Origin: an uncultured delta proteobacterium
Lineage (GTDB): Bacteria > Desulfobacterota > Desulfobaccia > Desulfobaccales > 0-14-0-80-60-11
NCBI GenBank assembly: GCA_963812015.1
Contig: CAWETI010000003.1
Coordinates: forward strand, 1,344,001 to 1,408,000
DNA length: 64,000 bases
Direction of reading: 5' to 3'
The notes beneath the pieces were generated by a model. It had not been told where the DNA came from. It saw only the letters and a program-made list of their open reading frames with translations, and made no database searches. A program made the position numbers and the translations under genes. Shown piece by piece: positions 48,900 through 58,247 of the stretch; positions within the stretch are counted from its first letter, which is position 1; every line of letters begins with the position of its first letter.

Positions 48900-49832
48900 A
48901 TGCGTTATCTGGTGATGGGCGCCGGGGCCCTGGGTTCGGTCTTCGGCGGACTTTTGCAACAGAGCGGCCAATCGGTGGCCTTCATCGGCCGGGGGGCGCA
49001 TTTTGACCAGATCACCTCCCGGGGTTTGACCATCGAGGGAATCTGGGGAGAATTCCCGGTGGGGCCCGTGGTCCGCCAGTCGGGTTCCGCGGGCGGCTAC
49101 GATGTCATTCTCCTCTGCGTCAAGTCGTTTCATACCCAAGAGGCTTGCCGCCGGGTCAAGGGCCTGTTGGCCCCCCAGGGTCTCATTGTTTCCGTGCAAA
49201 ACGGCCTGGGGAATCTGGAAATTATTGCCCAGGAGTTCGATCCGGAGAGCACCATCGGGGCCCGGGTCATCTTTGGGGCCCAAATCATCCGCCCCGGAGT
49301 AGCCCGGGTGACGGTGTACGCCGAGCCGGTTCTGGTGGGGGCCATGGTTCCCGGGCCCCCTCACCCCACCCTGGCCCGGATAGTGACAGACCTGAATCGG
49401 GCCGGCATCCCCACCCGGCAAGTGGATAATATCCTGACCCACCTCTGGGGAAAAGTCCTCTACAACTGTGCGTTGAATCCGTTGGGGGCCATCCTCGGGG
49501 CGCCCTATGGAGCCCTGGGAGACCATCCCCAGACCCGGGAGCTCATGCGCCGGATTATCGAAGAAATCTACCAGGTGGCCGGCGTCAAAGGCATTCCTCT
49601 CGGCCATGCCGATGCCGCCGCCTATTTCAAGTTTTTCATGGAGAACCTGGTTCCGCCCACAGCGGGTCACTGGCCCTCCATGTGGCAGGACTTGCAAGCC
49701 GGCCGCCGCACCGAGATTGAGGCCTTGAATGGCGCCATCTGCCGTTACGGCGCGGCCGCGGGGGTGGCAACCCCCTATAATGACGCCATCAGTCGCCTGG
49801 TGCGATTTTTAGAACATAAACCCGCCGGTTGA
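48900..49832 (+). CDS. panE: 2-dehydropantoate 2-reductase
   Basis: GAGALG, VKS, QNGLG, W-K--N--LN and SMWQDL-AGR-TEI--LNG motifs. Confidence 0.92.
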   Translation: MRYLVMGAGALGSVFGGLLQQSGQSVAFIGRGAHFDQITSRGLTIEGIWGEFPVGPVVRQSGSAGGYDVILLCVKSFHTQEACRRVKGLLAPQGLIVSVQNGLGNLEIIAQEFDPESTIGARVIFGAQIIRPGVARVTVYAEPVLVGAMVPGPPHPTLARIVTDLNRAGIPTRQVDNILTHLWGKVLYNCALNPLGAILGAPYGALGDHPQTRELMRRIIEEIYQVAGVKGIPLGHADAAAYFKFFMENLVPPTAGHWPSMWQDLQAGRRTEIEALNGAICRYGAAAGVATPYNDAISRLVRFLEHKPAG

Positions 49833-49938
49833 ATGCCTGAGGGCCTGGCAAAATTCGGAGTAAAGTCGGTAAGGCGGACTGGGGGCGGCGTGGGGAGGAT
49901 GAGGCGGCCCCACCCCTCCCCTAAAGTCCGCCGCTGCC

Positions 49939-50466
49939 CTATTTGGTGATTACCCCACAGGCGATGCGGGGCCCGGCGTTGCCGGCGGGGTCGCTCACAT
50001 AGTCATCCGCACCGGCGTGGATCACCAGGGAAGTTCCGCCCGGCTGGAGCAATGAATTCTTTTCCCCGTCCTTCAGGGTGACCAAATTGGCCACCACCTC
50101 GACCTTGGCCTTGCCGTCTGCGCCCACCGTGATATTGGGCAGGTCCCCGGCATGCGGTCCGGCCGGGTTCTTCAGGCCATGTTGCTTGCCGAAGGGATTG
50201 AAATGGCCGCCGGCAGCTTCAAACCCCGGGGTGGCGCAGACGCCTTTGGCATGGATATGGAAGGCGTGCTCCCCCGGAGGCAGATTCTCCACCTGCATGA
50301 CAATCTTCACCCCTTCTGGGGTCTGGGTCAAAGTGGCTTCCCCCACCTTTTGCCCCTGATTATCGACCAGCGTGGCCTTGGCCGCCGTCGGCGCGCTTTG
50401 GCCGCAACCCAGCGCCAGCGCCAGAGCCAACCCCAATCCTGCCGCTAAAATTTTCCGTAGCATCAT
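49939..50466 (-). CDS. sodC: Cu/Zn superoxide dismutase family lipoprotein
   Basis: Lipobox LALGC; HAFHIH, GGHFNP, HAGDLPN, VIHA--DD and GNAG-RIACG motifs. Confidence 0.93.
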   Translation of the reverse strand: MMLRKILAAGLGLALALALGCGQSAPTAAKATLVDNQGQKVGEATLTQTPEGVKIVMQVENLPPGEHAFHIHAKGVCATPGFEAAGGHFNPFGKQHGLKNPAGPHAGDLPNITVGADGKAKVEVVANLVTLKDGEKNSLLQPGGTSLVIHAGADDYVSDPAGNAGPRIACGVITK

Positions 50467-50713
50467 TTCACCCCTTCAGACGATGATTGGATCATGCCCC
50501 CAGGGAAGTCGCCTCTCCGGGGCATTGCTTTAAAGGTAAAACCTCCTGGGAAATAATCCAGAGCTGAATTAATTTTTGTCGACAAAAGGGGTTTGCGGAT
50601 TTTTTTTTGGGGGGGGCGGCAAAATCCCGCCCTCACCGGTGAACCAGGCTGCCGGTGAGGAGGTAAAGCAAGGCCGGCATCAGGACGCCTTTGCAGCGCA
50701 GAACCGCCATGCC

Positions 50714-51550
50714 TTAGGTAAGTTCTGTGGAGCTTTTTAATTTTATCGGGAGCTGTCTGATGTTCGTACTCTTTTTTTCGGCCTCGCCATAGGTGGTAAA
50801 AACTCGGCTGGAATTACTTAAATATAAATACCATAGGCTGAAATTTAATAATGAAGGGGTCAGGCGTTTGATGATGTCTCGGAGGATATTCTCATTGCCG
50901 CCTAAGGGTAGCGTCATAAATGGACCGATTATGACAAGAATAGATGTCAGAGACAATTGCAGGATTAAAAATGTCTTGGCGATTTTAACGGCCCTTGGTT
51001 TAACCTCCCACAGCCTCAGTCCAGCATAAAAACTGAATATGGTCAAAAAGACCATAATTCCAATGAGGAGCATATTATATAGTAAAAGTTCCTTAAACAT
51101 GAATAGGAGGATTTTATTTCTGGTAGAATTGAATAAATCCAAAGTGCAGTTGGCTTCGTAAAGACATGAGGCTGGAATGAAGATGGTAAGATTTAGACAA
51201 AGTAAGAGCAACCAGCCCTTGACCCCCTTCGGACTGCTTTTCTGCTCTAATTCCCGCAGATTGTTAAACTGAGTTATCGCATTTGGTATATATGCGCGTT
51301 TATTAAGTGGTGATTTAGAACCAATCAGCCCTATTTCTTTGAGGCCGGTTGACCGCCACTCGCCGCAACATCTGTATTTAATTGCTTTATCGTGGGTTTT
51401 TTCTGTATGCGAGCCTCTCGGGATAATTCGATTTTTTATTCTTAGCAGCGCCTTCTTCATCCTGGAAAAATATAACGCCAGGAACGGCAACCCCAGGGAA
51501 ATGAGAAATTCTCCGACGCCGCCGCATTGTCCCCCGCAGAAGATGCACAT
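50714..51550 (-). CDS. Low-GC membrane protein (DUF2569-like C-terminus, Cys-rich N-terminus)
   Basis: MCIFCGGQCGG start; GVKGWLLL followed by 4 TM helices and W-LYL--S-RV--T. Confidence 0.65.
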   Translation of the reverse strand: MCIFCGGQCGGVGEFLISLGLPFLALYFSRMKKALLRIKNRIIPRGSHTEKTHDKAIKYRCCGEWRSTGLKEIGLIGSKSPLNKRAYIPNAITQFNNLRELEQKSSPKGVKGWLLLLCLNLTIFIPASCLYEANCTLDLFNSTRNKILLFMFKELLLYNMLLIGIMVFLTIFSFYAGLRLWEVKPRAVKIAKTFLILQLSLTSILVIIGPFMTLPLGGNENILRDIIKRLTPSLLNFSLWYLYLSNSSRVFTTYGEAEKKSTNIRQLPIKLKSSTELT

Positions 51551-51707
51551 GATTTTCCCCCATTCTCGATGCGATAAATTATATCATAGTCGGAGAAAAC
51601 CGGAAGCAATCGCCGCACTCATCCTTACGACCACGGTTCGGCAACCAGGCTGATTTTGCCAGGAAAGGGCCCCAATGCCCGCCAGGGATGCCTGGCGGGA
51701 GCTTAGG

Positions 51708-52631
51708 TCAAAGGCCTTTCCGCATGGCCGCGACAATCTTGGGGACATTATTCTTAAACATATCACTATAGGTGGGAGCCGGCCCCTCCGGCTTTGATAA
51801 AGCGTCCGAATAGAGCTCTCCTCCTAAGTTCACCCCGCTTTCCTTGCCGATTTGCTCCACCAGGCGCGGATCGCTCACGTTCTCGATGAAGACCGCGGTG
51901 ATCTTTTCCTTACGGATCTGATTGATGAGCCTGGCGACCCCGCCGGCGGAGGGTTCGCTCTCCGTGCTGACGCCCATGGGGGAGAGAATGGTGACTCCGT
52001 AAGCCGCGCCGAGATAGCCGAAGGCGTCATGGGAAGTGATCATACGCCGTTTTGGCTGAGGTATGCTGGAGAATTCGGCCTTCACCCACTTGTCGAGTTC
52101 GCTGAGTTTGGCCTTATAGGCGTCGGCATTGGCCTGATAGAGGGAGGCGCCGGCCGGATCCACCGAACTGAGGGCCTTGGCGATGTCCTCCACATAAATC
52201 TGGCCGTTGGCCAAATCCTGCCAGGCATGTGGATCAATCTTATGTTGGTGTTTGGCGCCATACCGGGGTTCCTCGCCTGCCATTTCCCGAGGTTTAATCC
52301 CCTGGCTGGCCACCACGACCGGGCCCTTATAGCCGGAGGTCTTGATCAGGCGGTCCATCCAGCCCTCAAGACCCAGGCCATTGACAATGACCAGGTCGGC
52401 GGCGCTCACGGCCTTGGCATCGGCAGGAGTCGGCTCAAACACGTGGGCATCGCCATTGGGACCGACCAGGGTAGCAACCTCGACCCTAACGCCGCCGACA
52501 TTTTTAATCATATCGCCGAGGATGCTGAAGCTGGCAATAACCTTGACCTTTTTCTCGGCCCTGGCCTCAGTTCCGCCGCCAACGAGGAAGAGAGCCACGC
52601 AGAGTACGAGAATCCTGGTAATGACCGGCAT
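51708..52631 (-). CDS. Zn/Mn ABC transporter substrate-binding protein (ZnuA/AztC-like)
   Basis: SFSILGD, DAHVFEP, NGLGLEGW, DPHAWQ, HDAFGY and LYSDAL motifs; signal peptide. Confidence 0.93.
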   Translation of the reverse strand: MPVITRILVLCVALFLVGGGTEARAEKKVKVIASFSILGDMIKNVGGVRVEVATLVGPNGDAHVFEPTPADAKAVSAADLVIVNGLGLEGWMDRLIKTSGYKGPVVVASQGIKPREMAGEEPRYGAKHQHKIDPHAWQDLANGQIYVEDIAKALSSVDPAGASLYQANADAYKAKLSELDKWVKAEFSSIPQPKRRMITSHDAFGYLGAAYGVTILSPMGVSTESEPSAGGVARLINQIRKEKITAVFIENVSDPRLVEQIGKESGVNLGGELYSDALSKPEGPAPTYSDMFKNNVPKIVAAMRKGL

Positions 52632-52652
52632 AATCCTTCCTCCTGGCAAGGT

Positions 52653-53528
52653 TCAGCCCCCGAGATGAAGGCCTAACCTACGACGGCTGTAGATACTGCC
52701 GTGTACGCCAAAGATGACGGAGAAAATGTAACCAAAGCCCGCGGTGAGGATGATGGAAGGCCCGGAAGGCAGATTGACATGGAAGGAAAGCAGCAGGCCG
52801 GCATAGCCGGACAGCATGGCGATGAACACGGCCACCAAAGCCATGGACCAGGCCTGTTTGGCCCAGAAGCGGGAGGAGGCCGCCGGCAGCATCATCAGGC
52901 CCACCGCCATCAAGGTTCCCAAGGCCCGGAATCCCGCCACCAGGTTGAGGACCACCAGGACCAGGAAGATGAAATGCATCGCCCCCCCCCAGCCGCCCAC
53001 CGATCTCAAGTAGCCGGGATCGAAGCATTCGACGATGAGGGGCCGGTAGATAATCGCCAGGGTGAAAAGAGTGACGGAAGTAATGGAGGCGACCAGGACC
53101 AGGTCGGCATCATCCACCGCCAGAATGGTGCCGAACAGCACGTGGATGAGGTCGATGTTACTGCCGCGCAGGGAGACGATGAGAACGCCCATGGCCAGGG
53201 ACATGAGATACATTGCGGCAAAGCTCGCATCCTCACGTAACAGCGTGAAGCGCGCCACCGCCCCGGCCACCAGGGCCACGGCGAGGCCGGCGGCGATGCC
53301 TCCCAGGGTCATGGCATAGAGCGATAGACCGGAAACCAGGAAGCCGATCGCCACCCCGGGCAGCACCGCATGCGACAGGGCATCGCCCACCAGGCTCATG
53401 CGCTTGAGGACCAGCAGCACGCCGACGGGGCCGCACCCCAGGGCCAGGGCCATGCAGGCGACCAGGGCGTGGCGCATGAAGATGAAGTCCTGGAAGGGAG
53501 CCAGGAAGAAGCTGAAAAGATAGTTCAT
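52653..53528 (-). CDS. Zn/Mn ABC transporter permease (ZnuB/AztB-like)
   Basis: RMSLVGDALSHAVLPG, LFG-ILAV and FDP motifs. Confidence 0.93.
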   Translation of the reverse strand: MNYLFSFFLAPFQDFIFMRHALVACMALALGCGPVGVLLVLKRMSLVGDALSHAVLPGVAIGFLVSGLSLYAMTLGGIAAGLAVALVAGAVARFTLLREDASFAAMYLMSLAMGVLIVSLRGSNIDLIHVLFGTILAVDDADLVLVASITSVTLFTLAIIYRPLIVECFDPGYLRSVGGWGGAMHFIFLVLVVLNLVAGFRALGTLMAVGLMMLPAASSRFWAKQAWSMALVAVFIAMLSGYAGLLLSFHVNLPSGPSIILTAGFGYIFSVIFGVHGSIYSRRRLGLHLGG

Positions 53529-54268
53529 AACTCACTTATGCGGCAGACTTCCGCCGATTCGTCCCAGGCTTCAGACATCCGGCGGGCGCTTTGTAGATTC
53601 TCGGAAGTCAGGATCTCAGCCGTTGCTCCCCAACCGATGGGCTCCCGGGCGATCAAGAGGGTTCTGGGAAAGTAGGCTCGCACCTGCTCAAGGTTGTGAA
53701 GCACCGCGATGATCGTCCGATTTTCGGCGTGCCAGCTTTGGACCACGTCGAGGAGATCGGCCGTGGTCCGGGCATCGATCGCGGTGAAGGGTTCATCGAG
53801 AAGAATGACGGGACAGTCCTGGAGCAGCAGTCGGGCGAACAGGACCCGCTGGAACTGTCCGGCCGACAGATTACCGATGGGCCGGCGCTCGAACCCTTCC
53901 AGGCCCACTGCGGCCAGGGCCTGCCTGGCTTGCTGCCAATGTCCTGGCTTCATGCCGCCGAACATGCCGACGCGATGCCAGAGCCCCAGGGCCACGGTGT
54001 CCAGAACCGTTATCGGGAAACTCCGGTCGATCTCCGGCTGCTGCGGCAGGTAGGCGATCCGGGAAGTCTTGAGCCCCCCCCGGTCGATGCGACCGCCCAG
54101 GGGATGTAGCATGCCGGTAATTCCCTTCAGAAGGGTGCTTTTGCCTGAGCCATTCGGCCCGAATACCGCGGTCATCGATCCCGCCGCAAAAACGCCGGAC
54201 AGATGGTGTACGGCGGGATGCCCGTCATAACCCAGGGTGAGATCGTTCAGAACAATGGAATCCATCAT
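53525..54268 (-). CDS. Zn/Mn ABC transporter ATP-binding protein (ZnuC/AztA-like)
   Basis: HPAVHHLSG, GPNGSGKS, AYLPQ, LSAGQFQR and LLDEPF motifs. Confidence 0.93.
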   Translation of the reverse strand: MMDSIVLNDLTLGYDGHPAVHHLSGVFAAGSMTAVFGPNGSGKSTLLKGITGMLHPLGGRIDRGGLKTSRIAYLPQQPEIDRSFPITVLDTVALGLWHRVGMFGGMKPGHWQQARQALAAVGLEGFERRPIGNLSAGQFQRVLFARLLLQDCPVILLDEPFTAIDARTTADLLDVVQSWHAENRTIIAVLHNLEQVRAYFPRTLLIAREPIGWGATAEILTSENLQSARRMSEAWDESAEVCRISEL

Positions 54269-54274
54269 GTGGTT

Positions 54275-54463
54275 CTATGCCAGCCAGCCGACCGCCCAGG
54301 CGACCGATAGCCAAAGAAAGGCTGCGCCTGCGGCGGCAAAAATCAGACGGCCTTTGATGCTCCAACCCAGGGGAGATGCCCCAACTTTTTTAGGCGGCGG
54401 GCATGCCGTCATGATTTTCTGGACATGATCATGGTTATCAACGTGGCCAGGGTGATCGTTCAT
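54275..54463 (-). CDS. Small His-rich single-TM protein heading the zinc ABC operon
   Basis: MNDHPGHVDNHDH...RL-FAAAGAAFLWLSVAWAV; GGAAGG RBS; ends 6 bp before the ATPase gene. Confidence 0.7.
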   Translation of the reverse strand: MNDHPGHVDNHDHVQKIMTACPPPKKVGASPLGWSIKGRLIFAAAGAAFLWLSVAWAVGWLA

Positions 54464-54525
54464 CGGTCTGGCCTTCCGGTGGTGAGCAGCATCTGGACCT
54501 CCAAGTGGTCGCGGCCTCATGCCAA

Positions 54526-54542
54526 GTGCAACCGAGTTGCCT
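54526..54542. promoter_or_regulatory. Candidate Zur box
   Basis: GTGCAAC-CGA-GTTGCCT; resembles the TGCAAC-N3-GTTGCA Zur motif I recall for Desulfovibrionales. Confidence 0.7.
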
Positions 54543-54563
54543 TTAAATGCGGAGACGATCAGT

Positions 54564-54995
54564 TCAGATCGCCACCCGGCATTTGTGGCAGAGTCCTTCT
54601 ATCCGAATTTCAATGTGATCCGCCCGGTTGCCCACGGGCCCCCGCAACTCCGTCCACATCCGGGATAAGGCCACCGGGTCCAGGCACTGTACTTCCCGGC
54701 AGACCTGGCACTGGAAGTGAGGATGGGGCGGGTGATGCTCGCAGGCCAGTTCAAAGTGGCTCACCCGACCCTCCAGGGAGAGTTTGCGCACCATGCCCCG
54801 CCGGGTAAAATCCTCCAGGATACGGTACACGGTGACCTTGTTCACCCGGCGGCGGGTGCGGATCATCTCCAGGATCTCCCGGGCCCGAAGGGCCCGGCGG
54901 GCGTCACCAAGAATCTCCAGGAGCGCCAACCGCACTGGCGTGGCCCGCAGCCCCTCTTGGGAGAGCCACCGAGTAAAATTGCAATGATCACTCAT
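54564..54995 (-). CDS. zur: Fur family transcriptional regulator, probably Zur
   Basis: GLRAT--R, TVYR-L, HPHFQCQVC and GLCHKC motifs; directly upstream of the zinc ABC genes. Confidence 0.85.
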   Translation of the reverse strand: MSDHCNFTRWLSQEGLRATPVRLALLEILGDARRALRAREILEMIRTRRRVNKVTVYRILEDFTRRGMVRKLSLEGRVSHFELACEHHPPHPHFQCQVCREVQCLDPVALSRMWTELRGPVGNRADHIEIRIEGLCHKCRVAI

Positions 54996-55014
54996 GGGTA
55001 ATCTTGTACTCGAA

Positions 55015-55031
55015 AATCAACTGAGTTGCAA
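55015..55031. promoter_or_regulatory. Candidate Zur box (autoregulation)
   Basis: AATCAAC-TGA-GTTGCAA, about 20 bp upstream of the zur start; second copy of the same motif. Confidence 0.65.
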
Positions 55032-55132
55032 GTATATTGTTGGGGGAAAAGTCGGCAAGAGGGCAGGGGGATCAGGGGCATATGCTGTTGCGGTGGTGAG
55101 TTGGGGTCGATTCAACCCCCAGGGGTGAGGGG

Positions 55133-55777
55133 CTATCGGGCCAACTCGAGGGAGGGCTGGGGCGGCACCGGAACTTCGCCTGCGGTTTCCGGGGAAGCCG
55201 CAGTTGCCGGAGCGATGCGGCGCAAGACCTCGAGCTCCTTGAGAATTCGGGCCAGGCTGGCCTCGGGGTTTTCGGCGCCGGTCGTGACTTCGATATCCGG
55301 CCGCGCCGGGGTCTCAAAGACGTCGTCAATTCCGGTAAAATGAAGAATTTCACCGGCCAGAGCCTTCCGATATAGGCCTTTGGGATCGCGGCTGATGCAG
55401 ACTTCCAGGGGGCAGTTGAGGTAGACTTCGACATATTCGCCGATGATGGCCCGGACTTCTTCCCGAATCGCGTGGTAGGGACAGATCGCCGCGACGATGG
55501 TCACTACCTGTTGTCGGACCAGGGTTTGCGCCATGGTGGCAATGCGCCGCAGGTTGGTGGCCCGGTCTCCGGGGGTAAAGCCCAACCCCTTGCTCAGGGT
55601 GGTCCGCACGATATCACCGTCCAGAATCTCAACCTTGAGGCCCCGTTCCGTGAGCGCTTCGGCCAGCAGGCGGGCCAAGGTGGTTTTCCCCGAGGCGCTC
55701 AATCCCAGCAACCAGACGCAAAACGCCCCATTCCCGGCAGCCGATTGTTCAGAAACATCCCCCGATGAATTGTGCAA
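55133..55777 (-). CDS. cysC: Adenylyl-sulfate kinase
   Basis: WLLGLSASGKTT, LDGD-VR, LGFT--DR--N, RDPKGLY and FTGIDD motifs; TTG start chosen from the RBS position. Confidence 0.92.
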   Translation of the reverse strand: MHNSSGDVSEQSAAGNGAFCVWLLGLSASGKTTLARLLAEALTERGLKVEILDGDIVRTTLSKGLGFTPGDRATNLRRIATMAQTLVRQQVVTIVAAICPYHAIREEVRAIIGEYVEVYLNCPLEVCISRDPKGLYRKALAGEILHFTGIDDVFETPARPDIEVTTGAENPEASLARILKELEVLRRIAPATAASPETAGEVPVPPQPSLELAR

Positions 55778-56036
55778 ATCTCCGGTTCCTCGCTCTTTCT
55801 GAAAGTTTCTTTGCCAGCCTCTGGCGCTCTCTATTATAACCGGGGGTGGTGCGAGAAGAAAGCCTTTAAGAGCTCCCCTGCTCTTCGGGGCAGGGAGCAG
55901 GCGAGGCCAGCCGGCGTTACGGCCCGGAAGTTTGGCGAATTTACCGGCCCTCCCGGGAACCAGCTTTAACTTGGCAAGTTCGCGTGATTCGGAACAAAAA
56001 ATTGAATCTCGGGAGTAATGCACGATATTTTAGTAA

Positions 56037-56049
56037 AATCAATAAGTTA
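56037..56049 (+). promoter_or_regulatory. IHF binding site
   Basis: AATCAATAAGTTA is a perfect match to WATCAANNNNTTR, about 115 bp upstream of a sigma54 promoter. Confidence 0.7.
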
Positions 56050-56161
56050 AAAAAATCTGACTTCCAGCCGGGGGTGCCGTGGTATAAATAATTGAACCGG
56101 GGTGAAATCGCTAAAACGCTAACCTATTGGAAAATCAACTATAAAAAGGTATTGGCTTATG

Positions 56162-56177
56162 TGGCACGCTTGCTGCA
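56162..56177 (+). promoter_or_regulatory. Sigma54 (-24/-12) promoter
   Basis: TGGCACGCTTGCTGCA has GG and GC at the exact spacing, with one mismatch to consensus. Confidence 0.8.
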
Positions 56178-56188
56178 TGTATATATAA

Positions 56189-56303
56189 ACGTATATGGAC
56201 CCTATTAAGGTACCCACATCCCCCCCTTAATCAAAGTTCATATACCATTTTCTCCTTTCACCGACTGGCCGGATTCCTCCCCCATCCGGCCAGTTACTTT
56301 TTT
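56189..56303 (+). ncRNA. Candidate sigma54-dependent small RNA with C-rich loops
   Basis: Two stem-loops plus a U tract directly after the promoter; no credible ORF on this strand. Confidence 0.7.
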
Positions 56304-56369
56304 GGCCCCTCCATCGCTTCCCCGTCGAGACGACAAGGCCGGCGGCCCCCCTGGATCCCACGGCTCCGA

Positions 56370-56732
56370 TTACGGCGCCGGCGATTCTGCCTGGAGGGCC
56401 AAAACCTTCTCGCAACACTCCTCATCGCTGATGCGGCCGGCAAAAAACTCCTGCAGGGTGGTCAGGAAGGGGTTGGACGCGAAGAACTCCTGAAACCCCA
56501 CCCGGTCACCCAGGTCGGGGAACTGCAAGGGGACTTTGAAGTGGGTCGCCATTTCCCGGAACATCTCCAACTGCTGGAACTCCGCCTGGCGCATCTGGGC
56601 TTCAATCTGAAAGAGCAGCTTGCGCAGCTTTAGCAAGTAGTCTTGCCGTTCCTGGTGTTCCCGGTTCTTGTGCCGCAGAAAGTTCACGTGCTGCTGCCGC
56701 ACCAGGGTGGCGTAAGGGATAATTTTGCTCAT
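56370..56732 (-). CDS. Hypothetical coiled-coil protein
   Basis: AGGAG RBS; 120 aa; GC3-rich codon usage. Confidence 0.8.
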   Translation of the reverse strand: MSKIIPYATLVRQQHVNFLRHKNREHQERQDYLLKLRKLLFQIEAQMRQAEFQQLEMFREMATHFKVPLQFPDLGDRVGFQEFFASNPFLTTLQEFFAGRISDEECCEKVLALQAESPAP

Positions 56733-56807
56733 GGCCCGCACTTCTCCTGGGGAAAATGTATCATCTCACCTTGCGGATTCAAGCGAAAAAGGGTAATTTT
56801 TTAGTTT

Positions 56808-57197
56808 ATGAGCGAACCAGCCAAACTAGATTTCGACAAAATGGGTGGTCTTCTGCCGGCCATCGTGCAGGACGCGGCCACAGGCGACGTACTGATGCTG
56901 GCGTTTATGAACCGGGAGGCCTGGGAACGCACCCTGGCCACCGGCGAGGCCCATTACTACAGCCGCACCCGCCAGACGATCTGGCACAAGGGCGGCACCT
57001 CCGGGCACGTCCAACGGGTTCAGGAGATCTACCTGGACTGCGACCGGGACACCCTGCTCCTGAAGGTGGAGCAGGTGGGCGGGGCCGCCTGCCATACCGG
57101 GCACCGGAGCTGCTTCCACCGCCGTCGGCAGGGGGATGACTGGCAGGTGGTGGGCTCCCCAATCTTTGATCCCAAGGAGGTATATGGGGGTGGATAA
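56808..57197 (+). CDS. hisI: Phosphoribosyl-AMP cyclohydrolase
   Basis: [27 protein letters not shown] and ACHTG--SCF motifs. Confidence 0.97.
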   Translation: MSEPAKLDFDKMGGLLPAIVQDAATGDVLMLAFMNREAWERTLATGEAHYYSRTRQTIWHKGGTSGHVQRVQEIYLDCDRDTLLLKVEQVGGAACHTGHRSCFHRRRQGDDWQVVGSPIFDPKEVYGGG

Positions 57198-58065
57198 GCT
57201 GCGGTTGGGCCTACCCAAGGGCAGTCTGGAGAAAGCGACCCTGGAACTCTTCCGGCGTTCCGGTTGGCATATTCAGGTCAATGGCCGAAGTTATTTTCCC
57301 GATATCGACGACCCGGAGATCACCTGCTCCATGTGCCGGGCCCAGGAGATGAGCCGCTACGTCGAAAACGGCACCCTGGACTGCGGCATCACCGGCCGGG
57401 ACTGGACCATGGAGAACGACTCCAAGGTCACGGTGGTGGCGGACCTGATGTATTCCAAAACCAGCCTCAACCCGGTGCGCTGGGTGGTGGCGGTGCCGGC
57501 GGATTCCGAGATCCGTTCCCTGCGGGACCTGGCCGGCAAGAAGATCGCCACCGAACTGGTGAACTACACCCGGCGCTATTTCGCCGAGCGCCAGATCCCG
57601 GTCACGGTGGAGTTTTCCTGGGGCGCCACCGAAGCCAAGGTGGCCGCGGGGCTGGCCGACGCCATCGTCGAGGTCACCGAGACCGGTAGCACCATCAAGG
57701 CCCACGGCCTCAAGATCGTCCACGAGCTCTTCCAGAGTAACACCCAGTTCATCGCCAACCCCCAGGTGTGGGAGTCCAGCGCCGTCAAGCGGGAGCAGAT
57801 GGAAAACCTCACCCTGCTGCTCCTGGGGGCCCTCCGGGCCGAACGGATGGTGGGCCTGAAGATGAACATCCCGGAGCAGCAGTTGAAGGACATCATCACC
57901 CTGCTTCCCAGCCTCTTGGCCCCCACCATCGCCAGCCTGTATGAGACCGACTGGTACTCGGTGGAAGTGGTGGTGAACCAGGGGGAGGTCCGGACCCTCA
58001 TCCCCCGCCTCATCCGGGCCGGGGCCCAGGGCATCGTGGAGTATCCGCTGCACAAGGTTATTTAG
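57190..58065 (+). CDS. hisG: ATP phosphoribosyltransferase (long form)
   Basis: [28 protein letters not shown] and TETGST motifs; start 57184 or 57190. Confidence 0.96.
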   Translation: MDKLRLGLPKGSLEKATLELFRRSGWHIQVNGRSYFPDIDDPEITCSMCRAQEMSRYVENGTLDCGITGRDWTMENDSKVTVVADLMYSKTSLNPVRWVVAVPADSEIRSLRDLAGKKIATELVNYTRRYFAERQIPVTVEFSWGATEAKVAAGLADAIVEVTETGSTIKAHGLKIVHELFQSNTQFIANPQVWESSAVKREQMENLTLLLLGALRAERMVGLKMNIPEQQLKDIITLLPSLLAPTIASLYETDWYSVEVVVNQGEVRTLIPRLIRAGAQGIVEYPLHKVI

Positions 58066-58138
58066 CAGACACGTTGGGATAATCGGAAGCGTTTTTTTCC
58101 GATTGACGTTAGGGCGGGAACAGTCCGGCGAGATGAGG

Positions 58139-58167
58139 AAAGGCAGGGTCTTTGGACCCTGCCTTTT
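58139..58167. terminator. Bidirectional Rho-independent terminator
   Basis: AAAGGCAGGGTC-TTTG-GACCCTGCCTTTT between convergent genes. Confidence 0.85.
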
Positions 58168-58247
58168 GTATTTCTCACAGCAAAGTTGGGGGTATTTGCC
58201 GAACCTGTGGCGGTAGCCGGCCGAATCCGAGGGACCGGGTGATGCCG

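Noticed and set aside
56195..56230. 11-codon ORF (MDPIKVPTSPP) inside the sRNA candidate
   Set aside because: No RBS, and the ATG lies inside a stem; a non-coding interpretation fits better.
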